From the IMG/VR virus record IMGVR_UViG_3300020190_000042, positions 1 through 64,000 of that record: a DNA stretch of 64,000 bases. The stretch is one strand, 5' to 3'. The first letter of the stretch is position 1. The number at the start of each line of letters is the position of its first letter. Positions 7,702 to 17,768 of the stretch are shown here, piece after piece. Under the pieces are notes generated by a model. The model was not told the origin of the DNA and searched no databases. It saw only the letters and a list, made by a program, of their open reading frames with translations. The translations under genes and the position numbers were made by a program. The stretch comes from a virus.

Positions 7702-8889
7702 ATGAACGACGCACTTTTTACTAAGCTTCAGAATTTTCGTGGCGCACTCAATGCCGCGACTTTAGAGCGTGAGTTTGTTATTGACGGTTTGCTAGCGACT
7801 CTTTTGAGTAAGCAAAACGCTTTTTTGTTGGGGGTTCCTGGCACGGGTAAGTCTGATCTCGTCCGTAACATTTGTCGAGGGATTTCTAAAGCAAACTACT
7901 TCGGATACTTACTCACCCCGACTACAGATCCCTCGGAAGTATTCGGTCCAGTAGCAGTAACTAAACTGCTTAAGGATGAGTACACCCGAGATGTTTCAGG
8001 TTATCTGCCTGACGCCCACATCGGTTTTCTGGATGAGCTGTTTAGGGGGAGCTCAGCAATCCTAAACTCGCTGCTGACTCTTCTTAACGAACGCACGTTC
8101 AATAACGGTAAAACTGTTGTTGAAACGCCCATCCAGTCTATTGTTGCTGCCACGAACAGTTGGCCTGACGAAGAATCTCTCCAAGCATTTGCGGATCGAT
8201 TTTTGTTCCGCCCTACCGTGGATGTTCTTCGCAAGCCTGTGTCAAAGCGCCGCCTAGATGAGTGGGCGCTCGGCCTGGTGGATCGACCAGAAGTCGGCGA
8301 GCATCTAACTCTTAAAGAACTTCAAGAACTTCAACAGGCAGCCAACGACATTACAGTTTCCGAGGAGTTCCTAGACCGCTTCAGTAACGTCTGGGAAATG
8401 CTCTCTAGCCGTAACATCACCATCAGTGATCGTCGGCGAGTACAAATACTTAAGTTCCTTAAGGCTTGGGCTGTAGTTCAAGGTGACGACGAACTTTATG
8501 CAGAGCATCTGCACAACAGTTTGATCCATATCGTGTATCAAACGCGAGAGGATCAAGACATCATCAAAGAGGTTCTTGAGCAGGAGATTCCCACGGCGGA
8601 TCGGGTATTTAATGACGCCAAGCGGGCTGCTGCAGGCATCATGGCGGAATACACTTCGCACTCACACAAGTACAAAGTTAAAGGTTTGGGTGATCTAAAT
8701 GATTTTGTGGTTAACCTCCGCAAGTATCACAAGGACATGCAGACAGTCCGCGATAAAGTAGGGGAGATTCTGGACGGAACCCGCTTCAGAATGTCTGTGA
8801 CAACACGGGCATCTGGGGTAAAGCTGCAGCAGAATCTGCAAAACCACTGCGATACCCTGGCCCGTGCAATCAGCGAAATCAGTAGCTGA
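7702..8889 (+). CDS. MoxR/RavA-like AAA+ ATPase
   Basis: Walker A GVPGTGKS, TDPSEVFGP, Walker B FLDELFRGSSAILNSLL, ATN sensor, DRF, SDRR. Confidence 0.92.
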   Translation: MNDALFTKLQNFRGALNAATLEREFVIDGLLATLLSKQNAFLLGVPGTGKSDLVRNICRGISKANYFGYLLTPTTDPSEVFGPVAVTKLLKDEYTRDVSGYLPDAHIGFLDELFRGSSAILNSLLTLLNERTFNNGKTVVETPIQSIVAATNSWPDEESLQAFADRFLFRPTVDVLRKPVSKRRLDEWALGLVDRPEVGEHLTLKELQELQQAANDITVSEEFLDRFSNVWEMLSSRNITISDRRRVQILKFLKAWAVVQGDDELYAEHLHNSLIHIVYQTREDQDIIKEVLEQEIPTADRVFNDAKRAAAGIMAEYTSHSHKYKVKGLGDLNDFVVNLRKYHKDMQTVRDKVGEILDGTRFRMSVTTRASGVKLQQNLQNHCDTLARAISEISS

Positions 8890-9097
8890 CCGTTTTGATC
8901 TAAACGAAACGGACTTCGACGCAGATGGTGTAGCAGTTAAATACGATCAGGATCACAGCGGCAACGACTGTTACCATGTGATCCTGAAATTGGGTGTCGT
9001 AGCCACGGTCTCCTCGGCTCATTTAGTGGAGGAGAAAAAAATTCAATTACTTCGTTTCTATCCTGTAGATCAACATGAACACAACAACTCATTCTGA
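8864..9097 (+). CDS. Hypothetical protein
   Basis: 77-aa ORF filling the gap between the AAA and VWA genes. Confidence 0.5.
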   Translation: MQSAKSVADRFDLNETDFDADGVAVKYDQDHSGNDCYHVILKLGVVATVSSAHLVEEKKIQLLRFYPVDQHEHNNSF

Positions 9098-10625
9098 GAT
9101 CATTCGGATCGTAGACAACGAACCGCTGACACTTGCGTGCTCAGCATTAGCAGATTTTCTGTGGCAAGATTTCATACGTGATGCGCGCCCGATCGTCACT
9201 TATTTAATTGATCATTACAACATTAAACAGTTATCACGGTTTGGTAAGGAGATCTTCGAGCGTCTGTACAGTGCTGATAATGTATCCTGGTTAGTTACCG
9301 AAGACGCCTACGAGGATTATTTCCGGAAGGTGTGCGATGGAGATACCGCCGCAATCCCAGAAGGTTACAAACCAGAAAACGGGATTTGGTACTCAATCAT
9401 GAGCGATTTGAGCCAAGCTGCTGCGTGGCCTGAGCTCGTGCGTCGGTCCATGGGCGACCAGTTCAACGCAGGCAACAACGCTGTAAACATCATCAATGAA
9501 CTCTCTAAAGTAATCGAGCAAGCAATTGAGAGCGGACAATTTGATGTACAGCTTCTAACTTCTGCAGATCAAAAGCTTCAAGAGTTACGCGAACAATATC
9601 AAGAGGCGATCGACAAAGGCGACAAAGAGAAAGCGGAACAGATTCGCACTGAGGGTAAGAAACTCGGGGAAGCAATCAACGAAGCGATTCAAGAAGCAAA
9701 AGATAAAATTCAAAGCCAGTCGCACAAAATTATCGACAAGGCAGTTGAAAAAAATGATGACATAAATGAGGCTATCAGTGGCTTCCACGGTGGCACCGCC
9801 GGCACCGGTAAGCATGGTGCAGACTTAGAGGCAAAGAAAGCGCTTGCAAAAAAACTCCGTAATAACAAAGAACTCGCAAAGCTGACGCAGAAATTAGGAG
9901 CGCTCCGCAGGATTTGGCACGAGCGTAAGAAGGCGCGCCGAACCAAAGATACCTACGAATCAATTACAGGCGCTCGGTTTGGCAACGATGTAACCAAAGC
10001 TTTCCCGGTGGAAGTAGCTTTGGCTGCGAGCCCAGAGGGCAGCGCACTGTTTGCTCTGAAGTATTCTCAAAAGACACTATTTATCAAAGACTACACATCA
10101 ACACGTAAAGATATTGGCAAAGGCCCAATCGTCATGTATGTGGACGTGTCCGGATCGATGCACGGCGATACAGAGGTATGGAGCAAAGCTATCGCGTTTG
10201 TAATTGCGGAGGAAGCTCTGAAACAGAACAGAGAGATACAGATTTACCTGTTCGACACACAGATCAACGGTTCTGTGAAACTTCAGAAAGATCGTAAAGA
10301 CAACAAGGAGCTGATCGATTTTGTCTGCACTTGGACCCTCGGCGGAGGCACTAGCTTTAATGCCGTTCTGGGCCACGCGCTGGACAAAGCGAAGATCTCA
10401 GAACGAGCTGATGTGCTAATGATTACAGATGGACACAGCGAAGTTCATGATAATTTTATTAGGCGCTTAAACTCCTTTAAGCAAGCCAGCGGTGTTCAGT
10501 GGAGCACAGTCTGCATCAATACAGACATCCCTAGTGTTTGCCGTGCCTTTAGTGACGAACTCTACTCAGTCAATTTGTATAATCCGGACGTAGCAGTTGA
10601 CGCTATCCAAAAATGTTTAAGGTAA
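9075..10625 (+). CDS. ViaA-like VWA (MIDAS) domain protein
   Basis: DVSGSM, GGGTSF and MITDG MIDAS motifs in the C-terminal domain. Confidence 0.9.
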   Translation: MNTTTHSEIIRIVDNEPLTLACSALADFLWQDFIRDARPIVTYLIDHYNIKQLSRFGKEIFERLYSADNVSWLVTEDAYEDYFRKVCDGDTAAIPEGYKPENGIWYSIMSDLSQAAAWPELVRRSMGDQFNAGNNAVNIINELSKVIEQAIESGQFDVQLLTSADQKLQELREQYQEAIDKGDKEKAEQIRTEGKKLGEAINEAIQEAKDKIQSQSHKIIDKAVEKNDDINEAISGFHGGTAGTGKHGADLEAKKALAKKLRNNKELAKLTQKLGALRRIWHERKKARRTKDTYESITGARFGNDVTKAFPVEVALAASPEGSALFALKYSQKTLFIKDYTSTRKDIGKGPIVMYVDVSGSMHGDTEVWSKAIAFVIAEEALKQNREIQIYLFDTQINGSVKLQKDRKDNKELIDFVCTWTLGGGTSFNAVLGHALDKAKISERADVLMITDGHSEVHDNFIRRLNSFKQASGVQWSTVCINTDIPSVCRAFSDELYSVNLYNPDVAVDAIQKCLR

Positions 10626-10632
10626 ATCACCA

Positions 10633-10836
10633 ATGAACTATAAACCGCTCGCTAACGAACTGAGTGAACTCATTGATGAATATGAAATTAGGGACACAAC
10701 AGAGCAAGCTAAACAAAAGTGTAACATAGGTGACTTTTGGTTTAATTCAGAAACAGGTCAGTTATACGTTTGTCACGGAAAAGTTTTTGGGAAGCTCATT
10801 TGGTCTAAGGTCGACGGCATAGAATGGATTGAATGA
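10633..10836 (+). CDS. Hypothetical protein
   Basis: 67 aa; GDFWFNSETGQLYVC. Confidence 0.6.
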   Translation: MNYKPLANELSELIDEYEIRDTTEQAKQKCNIGDFWFNSETGQLYVCHGKVFGKLIWSKVDGIEWIE

Positions 10837-11285
10837 CTATTGAATCGCCACTACTAATTACTCTGGCGATGCTTTTGGAGATTCAAGAGGAATACTGTGT
10901 GCGAGAAATTACAATAGATGATCTACAAAACTGGGTAAGCAATTGTATTTATACGTCAATCTATGACGATGATGCACAGAAAGAAAAAATTAAAATAACA
11001 TATAACGATTGCAGTATCGAATATTTATATAACTGTCTGTTATTTTCTATTGTCAAAAACGAAACAGAGGAGGGGTTCTTAACCGGTGTGTCCTATGACG
11101 TAGCAATAAGTTTAAAACCTTATCTTCACGATTTTTTCGGTACGGATCGAATACCCGTCTTAAAAGCAGCTATGACTCTCCTATCTGAAGACATCGAAGA
11201 GGTAAGCTCAAAGCTCGCGGGAGACATCCACAACTGGTCTGAAAACGTCGCGCTGGTATTCAGTGGCTTGGGTTACACAAGCTGA
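10833..11285 (+). CDS. Hypothetical protein
   Basis: 150 aa, ATGA coupling. Confidence 0.7.
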   Translation: MTIESPLLITLAMLLEIQEEYCVREITIDDLQNWVSNCIYTSIYDDDAQKEKIKITYNDCSIEYLYNCLLFSIVKNETEEGFLTGVSYDVAISLKPYLHDFFGTDRIPVLKAAMTLLSEDIEEVSSKLAGDIHNWSENVALVFSGLGYTS

Positions 11286-11368
11286 GGAAAACTAAAAAGA
11301 ACCTTAAGTCTCCTGATACCGGGATTGCTTTCCTGTCTTCCCTTTCTACGCTTATTCAGTCATTCACA

Positions 11369-12157
11369 GTGTTTGACATGAATTTCCAATTCTGTCTAGC
11401 CGGAACTCCTATCGAACCCCACGAAGCGGTGGCTCTTCTTGAGATCGCAGCTCCTAAAGGGTCTTCAAAACCTATGATCGACATCAGCACGATCATCGAC
11501 ACAAAAGAGCTCAACGCTTCCAAGCTTTTCGAGCTCGCCGTTTCCAAGCAGAATCAAGACCTTGCGTCGCTTGCTTGGAAGATCTCTGTCCAACAGAAGC
11601 AACCCGCGACATTCGGCGCCCCCAAACTCAAGGTTGTTTCCAGCGTCAAGGAGCCCACTCTCGAAGGGATCATCGAGCAGCTTAACGGTACCAACTCGTA
11701 CTGTGCTCTTGGCACCGCGATGCTGCTGAAGGCGACCAGCTTTAAGCAGTGGGTCACCCTACGCGAAACGGCGACGTATTTCGCTGGTGAGATCGTAAAC
11801 AAAAAGCTTGGGTTCCCCACCTCTAAGTTCTTACGCGGCTTTGAGATGGTGGAGGGTAAGCCCACGCCGATCGACCTCAGCAGCGGCATCGAGCGTAAGC
11901 ATACGTTCCACGTGTCGCCGATGTACATCGCGCTGCGCGAGGGTCTTGTGTACTGCAAGAAGCACGGCCTTGTGGAGCAAAAGCAGATGCTGTCCGTGGG
12001 CGCCCCGTACTCCAAAAACAGTTCTCTGCAAATCGACAGCACTCGGCGGATCTATTACAAGATCAATTGCTCCAAGCGTGGTCTCCAACTGGTCGAAATG
12101 TGGGCGGACATGGATCGCTATATTGAGAAAAATTTTGAACTGCAGGCGGTTAGCTGA
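11369..12157 (+). CDS. Hypothetical protein with strong C/G-ending codon bias
   Basis: 262-aa ORF. Confidence 0.8.
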   Translation: MFDMNFQFCLAGTPIEPHEAVALLEIAAPKGSSKPMIDISTIIDTKELNASKLFELAVSKQNQDLASLAWKISVQQKQPATFGAPKLKVVSSVKEPTLEGIIEQLNGTNSYCALGTAMLLKATSFKQWVTLRETATYFAGEIVNKKLGFPTSKFLRGFEMVEGKPTPIDLSSGIERKHTFHVSPMYIALREGLVYCKKHGLVEQKQMLSVGAPYSKNSSLQIDSTRRIYYKINCSKRGLQLVEMWADMDRYIEKNFELQAVS

Positions 12158-12348
12158 TGGCCTCTGAGAATCCGTATGAGAACGAACTCATAGAAGCTTT
12201 AGCAGATTGTTTTTGTATTGCTGCCGAGGTTCTAGATTCTCAGTCAATCATCTGTTGCATCCAAGCAGCACTCGATCTACAAGTCAAGTATCACCAAGGT
12301 CAGTACGAACTTTTTACAGCCGTTAAAAGTTCTATAACCGAGGTCTGA
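12157..12348 (+). CDS. Hypothetical protein
   Basis: 63 aa, coupled start. Confidence 0.65.
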   Translation: MASENPYENELIEALADCFCIAAEVLDSQSIICCIQAALDLQVKYHQGQYELFTAVKSSITEV

Positions 12349-12358
12349 TTCCATCCAC

Positions 12359-12390
12359 GTGCGCTGCCTAAGGTGGCGCACTTTTTTTCT
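12359..12390 (+). terminator. Intrinsic terminator before polA
   Basis: GTGCGCTGCC-TAA-GGTGGCGCAC followed by T7. Confidence 0.65.
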
Positions 12391-12394
12391 TCTT

Positions 12395-14287
12395 ATGGAT
12401 TTTATTTACGTCGACACCGATCTCAAGTGCCAGGAAGCACTTAAAGAACTTGCTGGGTTTGAAAAAGTCGTCCTCGATACAGAGACCACGGGGCTGGACA
12501 GTTGGATCGCAAAACTGCGGTTGATCCAATTGTGCTCAGCATCAGTCGACGATATAACCAAACCCGTATACGTGTTTGATGCTTTTAAAATTAATATAGA
12601 ACCTGTGTGTCGCTATATCGAATCACGTAAAACTCTGGTAATTCACAATGCAAACTTTGACCTACAGTTTTTATATTCGGTAGGCTGCGATTTTAAGGGG
12701 AACATCTTTTGTACATACGTCGCTGAACGCATCCTGCGGGCAGGTTTTAAAGAGAAACGAATCGCGCCTCAAACAAAGAAACCTTATTTTGCGGACGTTT
12801 CGTGTGGCCTTAAAGCTGTTGCCGAACGCAGGTTAGAAATCGAAATTTCAAAAGAAGAGCAGGTTAGTGATTGGGGAGCAGAAGTCCTTACAGAAAGTCA
12901 ACTTGAATATGCGGCTAAAGATGTTCGCATCCTACCGTTGATCGCTAAGCAACAGTTTGAAGAACTTAAAGAGGAGAATCTGTTAGGGCTTTATTCGATC
13001 GAGAGCAAGTGCATCCGCCCCGTGGCACAGATGTGTAAACGAGGGTTCAGTGTAGATATCGCAAAATTAAAAAAACTAAAAATCAAAATAGAAACTGAAC
13101 TTAACAACAAAACCGAAGAGTTTGTAATGCAGTTAGACGCGCGATTACTTGATGATAGGAAGCTTCCAAGGAGAGACGACGGAAGCTTAGCCATAGGTAA
13201 AAAACGTGCAAAAGAGTTTAATCCAAGCAGCCCTGCTCAGTTGATTGCAGCATTTACTGAATGTAGTATCGACTTACCGGTTGATCAAAAAACCGAGAAG
13301 ACGACTTTAAATCAAGTAGCTCTTGCTGAATTCGATAGCGAAGATCCCACGCTAAGGCTGTACCGGGAACGAGCCAAGGTAGAAACACGTTTAGAACACG
13401 TAAATAAACTTCTCGATAATGTAAATCCTGTATCGCATAGGCTGCACTCAGGATATAACCAAGTAGGAGCAAACTCTGGTCGTTTTACAAGCAGCGGCGC
13501 TCCTAAAACAGCTAAAACAAAAACTAAAAGTATTTTTAGTGTAAATATCCAACAAGTACCCCGATCAAAAGACTTCCGAGAGACGTTTGTCGCAGCACCC
13601 GGGTTCAAATTAGTTATCTGTGACTGGGCTCAGATTGAGTTGCGGTTAGGCGCTGAACTGATCAACATACCTCAAATGAAGAAAGCATTTATTGAAGAAA
13701 TTGACCTACATACACTTACGGCTAGTTTGATTTATAAAAAACAGATACAGGACGTAACAAAAGATGAGCGTCAAGATGGTAAAACACTTAACTTTGCCCT
13801 GTTGTACGGCATGGGCTACAGGAAGTACAAAACATATGCTGCGCAAAGCGGCAAAATAATCTCTTTATCAGAGGCAAAGGTCGCCCACACAGGTTTCCAC
13901 GCTGCTTACCCGCGTTTGAGGATCTGGCACCAGGAGCGAGCTGCATTAGTGGCGGATGGATGGACCTATACCAGAACTGCCTGCGGGCGGCGACGGTTGC
14001 TGAGCTACGACGACGCCACAATGATGTGCAGCGCAAATACTCTGATTCAAGGTTCGGGCGCCGACATCCTAAAAATTGCAATAGCGCAATTAAGTGAGCA
14101 CCTTAACGAAGACGCATATTTAGTAGCGTGTGTTCACGATGAACTTGTCCTTGAAGTACGTGAGAACCTTGCGGAAGAGTATAAAAAAATACTGGAGTTG
14201 ATTATGATCCAAGCCGCACAAAATGTATTAAGATCTGTTCCAGCATCAGCAGATGCCAGTGTCGGCGACTCTTGGGCCGCTAAATAG
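12395..14287 (+). CDS. polA: Family A DNA polymerase (3'-5' exonuclease plus polymerase, no 5'-3' exonuclease)
   Basis: ExoI LDTETTG, ExoII HNANFDL, ExoIII YAAKD, motif A DWAQIELR, motif B KTLNFALLYG (Phe762 type), motif C VHDE; likely start ATG 12395. Confidence 0.97.
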   Translation: MDFIYVDTDLKCQEALKELAGFEKVVLDTETTGLDSWIAKLRLIQLCSASVDDITKPVYVFDAFKINIEPVCRYIESRKTLVIHNANFDLQFLYSVGCDFKGNIFCTYVAERILRAGFKEKRIAPQTKKPYFADVSCGLKAVAERRLEIEISKEEQVSDWGAEVLTESQLEYAAKDVRILPLIAKQQFEELKEENLLGLYSIESKCIRPVAQMCKRGFSVDIAKLKKLKIKIETELNNKTEEFVMQLDARLLDDRKLPRRDDGSLAIGKKRAKEFNPSSPAQLIAAFTECSIDLPVDQKTEKTTLNQVALAEFDSEDPTLRLYRERAKVETRLEHVNKLLDNVNPVSHRLHSGYNQVGANSGRFTSSGAPKTAKTKTKSIFSVNIQQVPRSKDFRETFVAAPGFKLVICDWAQIELRLGAELINIPQMKKAFIEEIDLHTLTASLIYKKQIQDVTKDERQDGKTLNFALLYGMGYRKYKTYAAQSGKIISLSEAKVAHTGFHAAYPRLRIWHQERAALVADGWTYTRTACGRRRLLSYDDATMMCSANTLIQGSGADILKIAIAQLSEHLNEDAYLVACVHDELVLEVRENLAEEYKKILELIMIQAAQNVLRSVPASADASVGDSWAAK

Positions 14288-14288
14288 A

Positions 14289-14786
14289 ATGGACTTACTT
14301 AAGATCCCCAAAAACCCCGAAAAGGAAGTGTTTACCGTAAAACACAACGGCAGTTACTACGCTGTTATTACGGGAGATGATGTGCTTTATGTGAGCCCGG
14401 AAGTATTTGATTCCCCTTTAAAAGCTAGTAACCACGCTCGGTCGATAAAACGACAGCACAAGATCGACGTAAAGATTAAAAAAGACCAAAAACCTGAGGT
14501 GTTAAATAATAAGACTAAAATACCTAGGAAAAATAAACTCTACACTGAAGCCGAAATGGCCTCGGAAACACAATTAAAGTTTCGTGAGGTCTGGATTATC
14601 CTTGACTCATGGGGTCGCTATGCCAAAACTATTATAAAGAACAACACCGTGGTGGAGTACGCCTCAAATAAGGAGAAAGCCCAACGGTTTAGCAGTTATG
14701 AGGAAGCCATTCTTCAATTAAAAACTTTAGATATGGTCGTCAAACGCGGGCATAAACTTCAGCGATTTTTCGAACGTAAAGATTGA
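14289..14786 (+). CDS. Hypothetical basic protein
   Basis: ORF 14253..14786; ATG at 14289 follows the polA stop. Confidence 0.75.
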   Translation: MDLLKIPKNPEKEVFTVKHNGSYYAVITGDDVLYVSPEVFDSPLKASNHARSIKRQHKIDVKIKKDQKPEVLNNKTKIPRKNKLYTEAEMASETQLKFREVWIILDSWGRYAKTIIKNNTVVEYASNKEKAQRFSSYEEAILQLKTLDMVVKRGHKLQRFFERKD

Positions 14787-14843
14787 CGCGATGAAACCGC
14801 TAAGCTAAAGCAGTATAATCAATAAAGATCCGGCTTTTAACTA

Positions 14844-15713
14844 ATGGCTCGCCGTCGTTATAACCTTGATTTTGCTGGACAGTCTTTCGGGTTTGAACTG
14901 CCCTCAGTTACCGAAGAAGACGGCGAGACGAAAACGGAATCAGTTTTAGCAGATTACTTCCCAGAAATTAAATTTTCCTTCGGCTCAAAAACCCAGCGAG
15001 GGGGTCGTTTAGGGCGCGCTGCTACTCAGGTTACTCCTGAACTTATGTTGAAACAAAAAGAAGTTGCGACTCTGGGAGGAGGTGGTCCAATTACCGTTGC
15101 CCCAACTTTTACTAATACTTTTACTCCTCCTCCTGCGGCTCCGGCGCCCGCACCGGTTCAAGAGGCTCCGAAACCGTCCCGACCTGCGATCTCAACGGCT
15201 TATGGCGTGAGCTCAAAGTATTTCGGTCACGAAGACTATTTCAGGAATTTAGAAGCTGGTTATACTCCTGCTGAATTAAAAGAATACATCATCAAAAATG
15301 AACAACTCCTCAACCCTGAGTCTTCCAATGTACGAGGTGGTGGAGGTCTATTTGATCAGATCATGAAGGGTCAAGTGCAAGTACAAACCGGTCTCCCTAC
15401 CACGCCTGTTACTCTTAAAACAGAATCGGCTCCTTCTGCGCCGCCTGCTCCTAAGTTTGAAAATCCTTTACAAACCCAGTCTTTTGTGTCAGCTCCGCAA
15501 ACCCCTCAGCCACGGGGTGAAATCTCTACTAAGTACGGTATTGACCCAACCTATTTCGGTGGGGAAGACGTGACAGCAGCTAAATCAATGGGTTACAGTG
15601 CTGGAGAAATCCTAGATTACATTGAACGCACTAAAGCTCCGTTGCGTGGTACTCATGTTCGTGGTGGCGGTGGGCTTTACGATCAGCTTATGAAAGAAGC
15701 CGGACGCGCATAA
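14844..15713 (+). CDS. Pro-rich protein with a duplicated ~55-aa domain (possible virion protein)
   Basis: Two copies of IST.YG....YFG.ED......GY...E...YI...VRGGGGL[FY]DQ.MK; TATAAT upstream near 14814. Confidence 0.8.
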   Translation: MARRRYNLDFAGQSFGFELPSVTEEDGETKTESVLADYFPEIKFSFGSKTQRGGRLGRAATQVTPELMLKQKEVATLGGGGPITVAPTFTNTFTPPPAAPAPAPVQEAPKPSRPAISTAYGVSSKYFGHEDYFRNLEAGYTPAELKEYIIKNEQLLNPESSNVRGGGGLFDQIMKGQVQVQTGLPTTPVTLKTESAPSAPPAPKFENPLQTQSFVSAPQTPQPRGEISTKYGIDPTYFGGEDVTAAKSMGYSAGEILDYIERTKAPLRGTHVRGGGGLYDQLMKEAGRA

Positions 15714-15722
15714 TTTAAAATT

Positions 15723-16286
15723 TTGAGCGGACAATATACTCTTCTTCTGCGGCACAAAAAGACAAAACTATTAACACCTATTCAAGCAATCGATACAAAC
15801 CACGCGCAAGCGCAGGCGCAAGATATTGCACGTGCTCTTAATATAAGCGAATTAGAACTTACGTATGAGCAACATGAAGGCAATGAACTTTCGATATTGT
15901 TCGAAAAGCTTGCTTTAAATACTTTTAACCATAAAGACTGCGATTTATGGACAGGAAAAGTTACAAATAACTGCCCGTGCGTCTATGCGTTCGGCAAACG
16001 ATTTTATGTTAGAGACATAATACTTAGATATTTAAATATTCCCAAAGATAAAAGTGTGGCTAAGCCCAGTTGTAAAAATAAAAACTGTGTAAATCCATAT
16101 CATTTTGAATATCACGAGAATCAAAATTCGAAATTAACTTGCGGCGACACGAAACTGCTCCTAGCGTACCGAAGCCAAGGCGTCCGGATTGACCAGATCG
16201 CTAAGGCCCTTAACGTCCACCGTTCGACCGTCTACCGCAAACTGAAGCATGAACGTCTTTCTATTGGGGCTTCGAATCACAGCTGA
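15723..16286 (+). CDS. Degenerate HNH/His-Cys-box domain plus C-terminal HTH
   Basis: CDLWTG...PSCKNKNCVNPYHF; IDQIAKALNVHRSTVYR. Confidence 0.75.
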   Translation: MSGQYTLLLRHKKTKLLTPIQAIDTNHAQAQAQDIARALNISELELTYEQHEGNELSILFEKLALNTFNHKDCDLWTGKVTNNCPCVYAFGKRFYVRDIILRYLNIPKDKSVAKPSCKNKNCVNPYHFEYHENQNSKLTCGDTKLLLAYRSQGVRIDQIAKALNVHRSTVYRKLKHERLSIGASNHS

Positions 16287-16893
16287 GGCTCAAGAAGATG
16301 ATGGAACTCTCAACGTACTCGCTGAGGCGCTTCCTTCAAATGACAAACGTGTCGCAACCAAAGTCCAATTAATCCAACAAAAAAATCATTACGTTGGCAA
16401 GCTTTTAAAAAACCTCAAAGCTGACGACACTGTATTAGCCATTGGCCCGACCCGTCCAACTCCGGACGGCGTTCTGCAGATGCAGCCCATGCTCGTGGTG
16501 ACCAAGGAGAACTTCGATGATCTCCTTGCCATCAATCTCTTTATGGCCACGGGTGGTTTGGGTCCCAAGGCAGAGGAAGTTGAGCTCGGCGATACGACCG
16601 TAACCAACCGATCTCTGGCATGGCAATCCGAAAACTCTGAAACCAACTGGTTCAAGCTGACCGGCTGGGCAGAACTTTCCAAACAACTTGCTGAACTCTC
16701 GCCCGGAACACCGACAATTGCAGTCGGTAAAGTTTCCACGAGTGAGAAAGACGAAAAACTTTATCTCAACTACAACGTTGACAAAATTCTGTATTTACCC
16801 AAATCAACTAAATCTGCACCTAAAAAAGCTGCAGACCCTGAGAAGGGTAAAGTAGCCGCCGCTGCTATCGGTTCGATTGATTTTTCGCTCTGA
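16249..16893 (+). CDS. SSB-like protein with two tandem OB folds
   Basis: Second half NLFMATGGLG...ETNWFKLTGW.E....LAEL..G.....VGKV fits the SSB pattern; first half is a diverged copy. Confidence 0.65.
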   Translation: MNVFLLGLRITAEAQEDDGTLNVLAEALPSNDKRVATKVQLIQQKNHYVGKLLKNLKADDTVLAIGPTRPTPDGVLQMQPMLVVTKENFDDLLAINLFMATGGLGPKAEEVELGDTTVTNRSLAWQSENSETNWFKLTGWAELSKQLAELSPGTPTIAVGKVSTSEKDEKLYLNYNVDKILYLPKSTKSAPKKAADPEKGKVAAAAIGSIDFSL

Positions 16894-16902
16894 TTTACGA
16901 CC

Positions 16903-17724
16903 ATGGTTTTCATTGCCGGCCAATTTTCTGCGGACGAAATTCTCTGTAATGTTCCGCCGCACACTCTCAGGATCGATCTTCAAGCCCGCCGTTGGAAGTC
17001 TGACGTAGACCCTGACAGCGCCATTGTCGATAAAAACGACAATGGTATTCCCATCGAGTTTATTCTGCTGGGTTTTACACCCTACTTTGGAAATCTTGGA
17101 CTTCGTAATCAAGAGGAGTTCTTGCGGATCGCTTACGTGGGTGTCAGCCCTAACCACAGGCTGCTGCCGCCTCGGTGCGTTACGACCTCAATGATCTCAG
17201 GTAAGTCTTCTCAGAAGAACTTCATCAGTTATTTTCAGACTTTGTATAACAACAGGATTAACTGTGCCTCTGTGATTACTGCTTGCAAGTTTGTTACTCG
17301 CAGCTTTAACGAAAGGGATCCCGTCACCGGAGCTGACGGCGCCAAAATCAACTTCAACGCACTCGAATTCTCCGACCGCCCCGCTGCGAGCGAAGAAGAA
17401 AAAAACCTAATCGAAGACGTAAATGCTTGGCTTTCCGACAAGGGCACACCGCTCATCACAGCAGCGCTCAAGTCTCACATTCCTGGATCGGATCTGGTTG
17501 AACTTCCACTTGGGTCAGATCACACGGAGATTAAGGCCCAGTTTGCTGCAACGCGTGGGGCGCCGGCTGATCGTTCTTTGCCTTCAGCTAATGTTGCTAG
17601 CAAAGCTCTTAAAGCTGCTAGTGTGGATGATGATGCTGAAGTCAGCGCGCCGCCTTCGCCAAAGACTAAAAAGGCGGTTGAACTGACCGAAGAGCAAGCG
17701 AAAGCTTTGGGTCTCGACTTCTAA
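16903..17724 (+). CDS. Conserved-type replication-module protein of unknown function
   Basis: 273 aa, biased codons, disordered tail ending in DF. Confidence 0.75.
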   Translation: MVFIAGQFSADEILCNVPPHTLRIDLQARRWKSDVDPDSAIVDKNDNGIPIEFILLGFTPYFGNLGLRNQEEFLRIAYVGVSPNHRLLPPRCVTTSMISGKSSQKNFISYFQTLYNNRINCASVITACKFVTRSFNERDPVTGADGAKINFNALEFSDRPAASEEEKNLIEDVNAWLSDKGTPLITAALKSHIPGSDLVELPLGSDHTEIKAQFAATRGAPADRSLPSANVASKALKAASVDDDAEVSAPPSPKTKKAVELTEEQAKALGLDF

Positions 17725-17741
17725 ACCTTTAAAAAAAGTTC

Positions 17742-17768
17742 AAGGGGTCGTAAGCGACCCCTTTTTTT
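17742..17768 (+). terminator. Intrinsic terminator (possibly bidirectional)
   Basis: AAGGGGTCG-TAAG-CGACCCCTT with a T run after and A7 before. Confidence 0.85.

Noticed and set aside
16903-16930. MVFIAGQF as an instance of the R-[LIMF]-A-G tag
   Set aside because: No Arg and it is in a replication-module gene; likely chance.
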